Of a stretch of 13,027 bases of DNA, positions 6,261-13,027 are shown piece after piece. The stretch is from contig JBBDRK010000056.1 of NCBI GenBank assembly GCA_040905465.1, forward strand, positions 1 to 13,027, written 5' to 3'. A model generated the notes under the pieces. It ran no database searches and was not told the origin of the DNA. It was given only the letters and a program-made list of their open reading frames with translations. The translations under genes and the position numbers were made by a program. The stretch comes from Trueperaceae bacterium. Lineage in GTDB: Bacteria; Deinococcota; Deinococci; Deinococcales; Trueperaceae. Position 1 is the first letter of the stretch, and every line of letters starts with the position of its first letter.

Positions 6261-6713
6261 TTGACGCGAGATACTACTTTCATTCTCCTCGTCGAGGACA
6301 ACCAGGACGACATCGATCTCACCCTGCGTGCGCTTCGGATGCACAATCTGGCCAACGAGGTCGTCATTGTTCGAGACGGCGCCGAGGCTTTGGACTTCCT
6401 TTTCTGCCGAGGCGACTTCAAAGAGCGAAATCCCGATCACAAGCCGCAACTCATCTTGCTCGACATCAATCTGCCGAAGCTTTCCGGGCTCGAGGTGTTG
6501 AAGCAGGTGCGCAGCAATGACCGCACCCGGCTTCTCCCCATCGTGATGCTGACGACCTCGAAGCAGGACCGGGATGTGCTGGAGAGCTATGTCAGCGGGG
6601 CCAACTCTTACGTTCAGAAGCCGGTCTCGTTCACCGAGTTCACCGAGGCCGTACGGCAACTGGGGATCTACTGGCTCATCCTGAACGAGGTTCCATGGCA
6701 GTCCCAGACATAG
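6261..6713 (+). CDS. Single-domain response regulator (Rcp1-like receiver)
   Basis: ILLVEDN acidic pocket, LILLDINLP phosphoacceptor, MLTTS, GANSYVQKP and the C-terminal YWL helix typical of Rcp-like receivers. TTG start with AAGAGG at 6249-6254. Confidence 0.93.
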   Translation: MTRDTTFILLVEDNQDDIDLTLRALRMHNLANEVVIVRDGAEALDFLFCRGDFKERNPDHKPQLILLDINLPKLSGLEVLKQVRSNDRTRLLPIVMLTTSKQDRDVLESYVSGANSYVQKPVSFTEFTEAVRQLGIYWLILNEVPWQSQT

Positions 6714-7894
6714 AACAGCGGCAGGCAGAAGAAGCCCTGGAGTTACGCGTACTTCTGGTCGAGGACTCGCGTGACGACGCCGAACTCAACCAGCTCGAGT
6801 TGCAGCGAAACGGGTTCACCATCGACTCGTGTCGGGTGGAGACACGTGACGCGACGCTCGAGGCCCTGAAGAACCGCGAATGGGACGTTGTACTGAGCGA
6901 TCACGCGCTCCCCGGATTCAGTTCCCACGAAGTCCTGGAGCTCCTCAGCGATCATTCCCTCGACACCCCCTGCATCATCGTGTCCGGCGCGATCGGCGAG
7001 GAGGCGGCGGTGCAGCTGCTGCAGGGCGGGGCCGTCGATTACGTCAACAAGGACAAGCTCTACCGCCTCAGTCAGGCAGTACGCCGGGCGCTGCGGGAGG
7101 CGGAGTCCTCGCGGGCCAGGAGTGAGGCCGAAGCTGCATTGCGCCGCAGCGAGCAGGCGCTCCGCGAGCTCAACGAGAACCTGGAGCTACGGGTCGACGA
7201 GCGCACCCGCGAACTCGTCGCCCAGACCAATCTCCTGGAAGCCGCCCTCAATACCCTCAAGGATCTGTTCTTCGTGGTAGACACCGACCGTCGGCTCGTT
7301 CGCTGGAACCGCGAGCTGTGCACGATGACCGGTCTCGACGAGGATGAGGTCGAGAACAGGCGGCTGACGGTGTTGGTCCACCAGGACGACCGTGAGGCGA
7401 TGGACGCGTGGTTCACCCGGGTTCACGAAGACGGCGCTGCCACCATGGAAGCTCAGCTGCTGGTCGACTCGGGCAAGTACGTTCCCTACGAGTTCACCGG
7501 TGCCCGGCTGAAAGATGGCGAGGGGCATCCGATGGGCGTGTGCGGCATTGCCCGCAACATCTCGCAGCGACGGCAGACCGAGCAGCACCTGAAACAGGCG
7601 ATTCGTGAGGTCATCGACGACGCCACCTGGTTCGCGCAATCGGTACTCGAGAAGATGTCGCAGGTCTCGTCGCCGAGTACGCCGTCGATCAAGGCGACCG
7701 ACCTGACCGACCGCGAACGACAGGTGATCGAGATGATCGCCAAGGGGATGAAGAACAACCAGATCGCCAAGGACCTGGGCCTCTCCTACGCCACCGTGCG
7801 CAACTACGTTGCCAGAATCTACAGCAAGCTCGACGTGCATTCGCGTGCCGAGGCTGTCATCTGGGCCCGCGAGCGCGGTTTCGGCAATCAGTAG
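6695..7894 (+). CDS. REC-coiled coil-PAS-LuxR HTH transcriptional regulator, 399 aa
   Basis: Receiver (VLLVEDS, VVLSDHALP, IIVSG, DYVNK), signalling helix (LNENLELRVDERTREL), PAS/PAC (FVVDTDRRLVRWN...GIARNISQRR) and LuxR HTH (LTDRERQVIEMIAKGMKNNQIAKDLGLSYATVRNYVARIYSKLDVHSR). It overlaps the upstream gene by 19 nt and has GAGGT at 6687-6691. Confidence 0.92.
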   Translation: MAVPDIEQRQAEEALELRVLLVEDSRDDAELNQLELQRNGFTIDSCRVETRDATLEALKNREWDVVLSDHALPGFSSHEVLELLSDHSLDTPCIIVSGAIGEEAAVQLLQGGAVDYVNKDKLYRLSQAVRRALREAESSRARSEAEAALRRSEQALRELNENLELRVDERTRELVAQTNLLEAALNTLKDLFFVVDTDRRLVRWNRELCTMTGLDEDEVENRRLTVLVHQDDREAMDAWFTRVHEDGAATMEAQLLVDSGKYVPYEFTGARLKDGEGHPMGVCGIARNISQRRQTEQHLKQAIREVIDDATWFAQSVLEKMSQVSSPSTPSIKATDLTDRERQVIEMIAKGMKNNQIAKDLGLSYATVRNYVARIYSKLDVHSRAEAVIWARERGFGNQ

Positions 7895-7914
7895 CACCGA
7901 TTACGCCGGACTGT

Positions 7915-7931
7915 AGCGGCTTGGCCGCTTT
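7915..7931 (+). terminator. Possible weak terminator hairpin after the regulator pair
   Basis: AGCGGC-TTG-GCCGCT with only a very short T run. Confidence 0.3.
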
Positions 7932-8001
7932 CACCCTCGCCACTCGAACACCGGGTCGTTCTTACCGCTGGTACCGCGCTGGCATCGACGGCGCCCGCGG
8001 G

Positions 8002-8007
8002 TATGAT
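8002..8007 (+). promoter_or_regulatory. Putative -10 box (TATGAT), leaderless promoter of hisD
   Basis: Reads TATGAT-tgccgtc-ATG(8015), with no SD sequence. Confidence 0.6.
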
Positions 8008-8014
8008 TGCCGTC

Positions 8015-9292
8015 ATGCGTGTGATCCATGGCAAGGACGAGGCGATAGCCCTTTTTCACCGGCGCGGTTTCGCTTCCGATGATGGCGACGACGCCGGCGT
8101 AGTTCGCGAGGTGTTGGACGCAGTAAGGCGGCGCGGCGACGAGGCGGTCAGGGAGTTCAGTGAACGTTACGACGGGGTGCGGCTGGAACACTTCCGGGTG
8201 CCGGCCGAGTCGTTCGACCGTGCTGCCGACGAGGTGGGCGAGGCGCTGGGCGATGCCATCGCCCTGGCGGCGGACCGCATCACCTCGTTCTACCGCAAGC
8301 AGCCTTCGCCGGGCTTCCTGGAAGAGGAGGATGGGTCGCTGCTAGGTCAGCTGGTGCGGCCGTTGGAGCGCGTCGGATGTTACGTTCCCGGCGGAACCGC
8401 GCCCCTGTTCAGCTCACTGCTGATGACCGCCGTGCCCGCCCGGGTTGCCGGCGTCGACGAGGTCGTGGCCGTCACGCCGCCCCGCAGGGACGGAACCGTG
8501 GCGCCGGCGATCCTGGTTGCGGCCCGCGCAGCCGGGGTAAGCACCGTGTATCGGATCGGCGGCGCCCAGGCAATCGCCGCCCTCGCCTACGGAACCGAGA
8601 CCGTGCAGCGGGTGGACAAGATCGTCGGACCCGGGAACAGGTTCGTGGTCCTGGCCAAGCAGGCGGTGTACGGGCTGGTCGGCATCGAGTCGCTGCCCGG
8701 TCCCACGGAGACGATGGTGCTCGCCGACGAAGGGGCTCAGCTCGAGCACGTGGTTGCCGATCTGCTGGCTCAGGCCGAGCACGCCGGCTCGCAGCCGGTG
8801 CTGGTTACCACCAGCAGGAGCCTGGCCGCGGCCGTGCCGGATGCGCTCGAGCGATCCCTCGCCGACCTGCCCACGGCCGCTGCCGCGCGAGCGTCGCTCA
8901 CCGACCGGGGCTACCTGGTGGTGGTAGAGGGGCTCGACGACGGCGTGGAGGTAGCCAACGCCTATGCGCCCGAGCACCTGTGCCTGCTGGTGGACCGGCC
9001 GATGGAGCTGCTGCCGCTGGTGCGGAACGCCGGGGGCCTGTTCCTGGGTCACAGCAGCATGGAGGCGCTAGGCGATTACCTGGCGGGACCGAGCCATGTG
9101 ATGCCGACCGGTGGCACCGCCCGCTTCTCCTCGTTCGTGAACGTCTCGGACTTCCAGAAGCTGATCCCGGTAGTCGGGATCGGCGAAGAACTGCTGTCGG
9201 CAGTGGGTCCTGCCGCAGCCAGAATGGCACGGGCCGAGGGACTGGAAGCGCACGCTCGGGCCATCGAGGCGAGGATCGCAAAGACCTGTTAG
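8015..9292 (+). CDS. hisD: Histidinol dehydrogenase
   Basis: Motifs VGCYVPGG, GGAQAIAALAYGTE, DKIVGPGN, DLLAQAEH, APEHL, ALGDY, GPSHVMPT and EGLEAH, so the Zn ligands and catalytic pair look intact. Start moved from 8003 to 8015 because ATG 8003 lies inside the -10 box. Confidence 0.97.
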   Translation: MRVIHGKDEAIALFHRRGFASDDGDDAGVVREVLDAVRRRGDEAVREFSERYDGVRLEHFRVPAESFDRAADEVGEALGDAIALAADRITSFYRKQPSPGFLEEEDGSLLGQLVRPLERVGCYVPGGTAPLFSSLLMTAVPARVAGVDEVVAVTPPRRDGTVAPAILVAARAAGVSTVYRIGGAQAIAALAYGTETVQRVDKIVGPGNRFVVLAKQAVYGLVGIESLPGPTETMVLADEGAQLEHVVADLLAQAEHAGSQPVLVTTSRSLAAAVPDALERSLADLPTAAAARASLTDRGYLVVVEGLDDGVEVANAYAPEHLCLLVDRPMELLPLVRNAGGLFLGHSSMEALGDYLAGPSHVMPTGGTARFSSFVNVSDFQKLIPVVGIGEELLSAVGPAAARMARAEGLEAHARAIEARIAKTC

Positions 9293-9305
9293 CGGCGCGA
9301 AGACG

Positions 9306-10007
9306 TCACTTGCGCCTGTATAGCAGGGTAGCCAGGATGTCGCGGTACATGCGCAGGCGCACAGCGAGCCCCGCCAGGACCCCGCGCTTCTCCTCTTTCA
9401 TAACCTGCGACACGCCCTCGAGGCGAACGTCGCGGCAGCGCCAGCCTTCCCGGCGCGCGGTGTTGGTGATGGCCACCTCGATGCCGTAGCGGGTTCGGGC
9501 GAGTTGCGGCACTCGTAGAAGCAATTCCCGCCGTGTCGCCCGCTGGCCGCTCAGTTGAGGCGTCAGCCGCTGTGCGGCAGTGGTTCGCCAGCGGCCGCCG
9601 GTGAACACTCCGCGGGTCATGTTGGCGGAACCCGACACCACCGGTTCCGCCAACGACCTGATGTGAGCGGATGTCAGGCCCACCAGGTCGGCGTCCACCA
9701 ACACGATGACGTCGCTGTCGGTCAGGGCGAGCCCGGCCGCGACCGCGCCGCCCTTGCCGAGATTGCGGCGCAGTTCGATCACCTCGCCGCCGGCGCGGCG
9801 CGCAACTTCTGCGGTATCGTCCTGCGAGCCGTCGTCGACCACCAGAACCCGGCCCAGACCGGCCAGACGGGCGACCTGCACCACGCTGCCGATGGTATCG
9901 GCCTCGTTGAAGGCAGGGATCAGGACGGTGCAGGTACCCGTTACGGTGCCAGTGGCGCGGCTCGCGAGAGCGGCGCCACTATCCGCGGATGATTCCGCCG
10001 AGTTCAT
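9306..10007 (-). CDS. Glycosyltransferase family 2
   Basis: Motifs VLIPAFNEADTI, VVDDGSQD, NLGKGGA, DAD (DxD), SGQRA and YGIEV. The start is uncertain; ATG 10007 overlaps the end of rseP. Confidence 0.9.
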   Translation of the reverse strand: MNSAESSADSGAALASRATGTVTGTCTVLIPAFNEADTIGSVVQVARLAGLGRVLVVDDGSQDDTAEVARRAGGEVIELRRNLGKGGAVAAGLALTDSDVIVLVDADLVGLTSAHIRSLAEPVVSGSANMTRGVFTGGRWRTTAAQRLTPQLSGQRATRRELLLRVPQLARTRYGIEVAITNTARREGWRCRDVRLEGVSQVMKEEKRGVLAGLAVRLRMYRDILATLLYRRK

Positions 10008-11061
10008 TGAAGGTGATCAGTACGATGAGCGCGAGAACCGCCATGATGCCGATGAAGTGGATGGTCTCCTCTTGCCCCGGGCGGAACGGACGCCTGCGGA
10101 GTGCGACGACCGTGGCCAGGAGCATCCGGCCGCCGTCGAGGCCGGGCACGGGCAGGAGGTTGAACACCGCCAGCGACAGGTTGATCAGAGCCGCGAGCAG
10201 CAGCAGCGGCGCCACGCCGATGCTCGCCGCCTGATTGACCGCGCTCACCATCCCCACCGGTCCCGCCACCTCGTCGTTCTGCTGGCCGGAGAGGGCCGAG
10301 CCGAATCCGCGAACGAACCCCACCACCATCTGCGGCACGGCCCGGACACTGAACGAGAGCGACTCCGACAGCGCCTGCGGGAACCCGACGGAAGCGTCCA
10401 TAAGCTCCACCGGCGCCAGACGTATCCCCAGTTGCGGCGGCGATCCGGCGTCCGCCGGCGGCCAGGGCAGTTCGAAGGTGTGAAGGGCGCCCGCTCGCTC
10501 CACCACCAGCGACAGGTGGTCGGCCGAGCGCACGGTGGTCACCACCTGCTCACGGCTGGGATCATCGATGCCGTTGAGATGCTCGATCCGGTCACCCGGC
10601 TGCAGTCCGGCCGCCTCGGCGGGCGAGCGGCCGACGACTCCCTCGATGCGCGACCCGGCTTCGACCACCGCTCCCGAGGTGACCGCCCGGTAGCCCGGCT
10701 CGAGCATCAGGGCGGCGGCAACGAGCAAGGTGCCAAGCGCGAAGTTGGCGATGACCCCGCCTATCAGCACCCACAGCTTCTGCGGCAGGGTCTTGGTGGC
10801 CATCCCTTCATCGGGGTGTTGCAGGTTACCTTCGTCGTCCACCTTCGGCGCCATGCCGGGGAGGTGCACGTAGCCGCCCAGCGGCAAGAGCGAAACCCGC
10901 CACTCGGTGCCGGCCCAGTTGCGCCGCCACACCACCGGCCCCATGCCGATGCTGAAGACGCGCACCGGCACGCCGACGCTGCGTGCGTTGAGGTAATGGG
11001 CGAGCTCGTGCACCATCACCGAAACCATGATTATCAGCAGGAATATCAGGGCTGTCAGCAT
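9979..11061 (-). CDS. rseP: RIP zinc metalloprotease RseP (M50, single PDZ)
   Basis: HELAH, FSIGMGP, LLPLGGYV, PDZ (SPAEAAGLQPGDRI), AGPVG and FNLLPVPGLDGG, located downstream of dxr. ATG 11061 is preferred over TTG 11076. Confidence 0.9.
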   Translation of the reverse strand: MLTALIFLLIIMVSVMVHELAHYLNARSVGVPVRVFSIGMGPVVWRRNWAGTEWRVSLLPLGGYVHLPGMAPKVDDEGNLQHPDEGMATKTLPQKLWVLIGGVIANFALGTLLVAAALMLEPGYRAVTSGAVVEAGSRIEGVVGRSPAEAAGLQPGDRIEHLNGIDDPSREQVVTTVRSADHLSLVVERAGALHTFELPWPPADAGSPPQLGIRLAPVELMDASVGFPQALSESLSFSVRAVPQMVVGFVRGFGSALSGQQNDEVAGPVGMVSAVNQAASIGVAPLLLLAALINLSLAVFNLLPVPGLDGGRMLLATVVALRRRPFRPGQEETIHFIGIMAVLALIVLITFNELGGIIRG

Positions 11062-11130
11062 GACTCCATCGCCCAAGTATGCCAGAAGACACGTCCGACA
11101 GTAGTCGGCTGTTGCACGGCACGAGGCGGG

Positions 11131-12249
11131 TCAGCCATTGACCGGTTCACCCTGACCCTGCAGTTCGCGAACTACGTCGGTCTTGCTGAGCACGCCGACG
11201 AGCCGGCCGCGGTGGTCCAGTACCATCAGCCGGCCCAACTCTCCCGAGGCCAGCTTCTTCACGGCGTCCATGGCGTCGCGGTCCGCTGCGATGGTTTCGG
11301 CCGGCCGGATGATACGTTCCAGCGTGTCCTGCTCGTCCAGCGCTCGCGCGTCGTCGAGCCGGGCGAAGCCGAGCAGGCTGCCGTCCACGCCCACTACCGG
11401 ATAGCCGACGTGGCGCCGGAACTGCGCGAGACGCAGGAACTGACCGATGCGCATGTCGCTGGTCACGCTGATTACGTCCTGCGTCATGAAGTCGGCCACC
11501 GACTTCCCCTGGAGGGCGGCGGTCATGGCCGCGTAGCGCGTTTCGGCGTGCACGGCGTTGTACACGAAGAACGCCACTACCACCAGGAGAAGCTGGAACG
11601 TCAGGAACCCGTAGATGCCGAGAAGGAGCGCTACCACCCGGCTGACGTTGGCGGCGATCCGAGTGGCCTGCAAGTAAGGCATCGCCAGTGCCAGCAGCGA
11701 GCGAAGAATCCGGCCGCCGTCGAGCGGCAGCGCAGGCAGCATGTTGAACACCGCCAGGGCGAAGTTGGTAAGCGTCAGGTAGGAGAAGATGAAGAGCCAG
11801 CCGGCGCTCAGGTCGAGCCCTTGCCAGGCGAGCCAACTCAGCCCTGCCAGCAGCAGGCTGGTAATCGGCCCGGCGATGCCGACCAACGCCTCGGCGCCCC
11901 GCTGCCGGGGAAGTTCCTCGAACTGGGCGACGCCGCCGAGGAACCAGAGCGTGATCTCCTTGACCTCGACGTCGTAGAGCCGGGCCACCACGGCGTGACC
12001 GAGCTCGTGAATCAGGACGCCGGCGAACAGCCCGAGCGCGGCGCCGAGGCCGAGCAGGTAGGGCGTGACGCCCTCCAGCAGGGGCGCCCCGTCGAGCTCG
12101 AAACCGGCCCGGCGCAGCAGCATCAGGTAGCCGGGGAGCTGATTCGCAATCAGCCAGGCGAACAGCGGGAGCACCAGCAGGAACGAGGTGTCGAGCCGAA
12201 CCGGGATTCCCAGCAGCTTTACCGGAAGGCGAATGGCGCCGCCGAACAT
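11131..12249 (-). CDS. Site-2 protease (M50B) with C-terminal CBS pair
   Basis: IHELGH, ITLWFLGGVA, IAGP and FNMLPALPLDGGR, followed by a CBS pair (VADFMTQDVISV...YPVV...LMVLDHRGRLVGVLSKTDV). Confidence 0.92.
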   Translation of the reverse strand: MFGGAIRLPVKLLGIPVRLDTSFLLVLPLFAWLIANQLPGYLMLLRRAGFELDGAPLLEGVTPYLLGLGAALGLFAGVLIHELGHAVVARLYDVEVKEITLWFLGGVAQFEELPRQRGAEALVGIAGPITSLLLAGLSWLAWQGLDLSAGWLFIFSYLTLTNFALAVFNMLPALPLDGGRILRSLLALAMPYLQATRIAANVSRVVALLLGIYGFLTFQLLLVVVAFFVYNAVHAETRYAAMTAALQGKSVADFMTQDVISVTSDMRIGQFLRLAQFRRHVGYPVVGVDGSLLGFARLDDARALDEQDTLERIIRPAETIAADRDAMDAVKKLASGELGRLMVLDHRGRLVGVLSKTDVVRELQGQGEPVNG

Positions 12250-12319
12250 GGCTATGAAAGAGCCGGGCGCCTCGTCGCCCGCCGATTACGCGCGCTCCTC
12301 GCGCGGCCGAAGGTCGTGC

Positions 12320-13027
12320 TCATGCGGCGGTGTCGCTCGCCAGCCTGCGGCAGGCGTGCTCCGCCAGCAGGCGCGCCTCGCTGTCGGCCTGATCGAGAAC
12401 GTCCCAGGCGAGAGCGGTAGACGGCACCCGGCCGAGGACCTCCTCGATCACCTCCGCGATGGCAGTGAACGGCATCCTTCCGCCGAGGAAGGCGTCAACC
12501 GCCACCTCGTCGGCCGCATTGACGTAAGCCGGCGCCAGCCCGCCCTTGCGCCCGGCCGCATAGGCCAGCTCGAGGCAGGGGAACCGGCCACCGTCCGGTG
12601 GCAGGAGCTGCCACTCGCCATGGAGGGGGAGCGGGTCGAGAGGCGTGGCCGGGCGCGCCGGCGTTTCGATGCCGTACTGGATCGGGAGGCGCATGTCGTG
12701 AGGCCCGATCTGTGCCTTGAGGGAGCCGTCACGGAAGCGCACCAGCCCGTGAATCAGCGACTGCGGATGGATCACCACTTCGATGTCGGCAAGCGGCAGC
12801 GAGAACAGAAAGTGCGCCTCCAGCACCTCGAGACCCTTGTTGAAGAGGGTCGCCGAGTCGATCGTCACCTTGGGTCCCATCGACCAGTTGGGATGGGCGA
12901 GCGCCTGCTGCGGCGTCACCCGTGACAGGTCCGCCGGCTGCTCGCGGAAGGGGCCCCCGGAGGCGGTGAGAACGAGACCCGAGACGTCACCCTCGTTCTC
13001 GCCGCGCAGGCACTGGTAGAGCGCCGA
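12320..13027 (-). CDS. dxr: 1-deoxy-D-xylulose 5-phosphate reductoisomerase (3' part; 5' end is outside the window)
   Basis: The frame is open from the window edge: SALYQCL...[11 protein letters not shown]...[31 protein letters not shown]...IHPQSLIH...DMRLPI...NAADEVAV. Confidence 0.97.
   Translation of the reverse strand, partial: SALYQCLRGENEGDVSGLVLTASGGPFREQPADLSRVTPQQALAHPNWSMGPKVTIDSATLFNKGLEVLEAHFLFSLPLADIEVVIHPQSLIHGLVRFRDGSLKAQIGPHDMRLPIQYGIETPARPATPLDPLPLHGEWQLLPPDGGRFPCLELAYAAGRKGGLAPAYVNAADEVAVDAFLGGRMPFTAIAEVIEEVLGRVPSTALAWDVLDQADSEARLLAEHACRRLASDTAA

Noticed and set aside
6096..7897. Antisense ORFs 6096..6659 and 7187..7897, and ORF 6116..6520(+), as a possible kinase remnant
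   Set aside because: No H, N or G box motifs; they are shadows of the regulator genes.
8377..9489. 370-aa + strand ORF overlapping hisD
   Set aside because: Arg/Gly-rich off-frame reading of GC-rich hisD codons.
11055..11081. CATACT plus an out-of-frame ATG (11069) giving a 4-codon ORF over the rseP start
   Set aside because: The hexamer lacks the first T of the consensus and such a short ORF is expected by chance; there is no further support.
7897..12291. 10-mer CCGATTACGC found in two intergenic regions (7897-7906 and 12282-12291)
   Set aside because: Only two copies, non-palindromic and in different positions relative to genes, which is compatible with chance in 13 kb.
9706..12420. 904-aa + strand ORF antisense to GT2, rseP and the M50-CBS gene
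   Set aside because: It is codon-aligned with both rseP and the M50-CBS gene, so stops would need TTA, CTA or TCA codons in those genes, which are rare in GC-rich coding DNA. The His/Arg/Gln-rich translation has no recognisable domain. It is a shadow ORF.

Overview
GC-rich bacterial chromosomal window made up mostly of housekeeping genes. The gene set, a short GidA-related flavoprotein and several apparently leaderless genes point to Deinococcota, possibly Trueperaceae-like (inference). Left to right: a partial CxxC redoxin, menG, a conserved hypothetical gene and a short GidA-like FAD protein (+); a 66-aa protein, a Yip1-like membrane protein, mqnD and a CoA-binding protein (-); infC (probable ATA start), rpmI and rplT with a clear promoter and terminator (+); a kinase-less signalling pair (single-domain receiver plus REC-PAS-LuxR) behind a structured ~100-nt leader (+); stand-alone hisD (+); and a partial dxr, an M50/CBS protease, rseP and a GT2 glycosyltransferase (-). 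I see no mobile element, CRISPR array, tRNA or rRNA, and I cannot demonstrate a wholly new system. The best leads are the orphan REC + REC-PAS-LuxR module with its candidate cis-regulatory RNA, the two uncharacterised genes translationally coupled to menG, the second site-2 protease between dxr and rseP, and a 13-bp tandem repeat over a stop codon.
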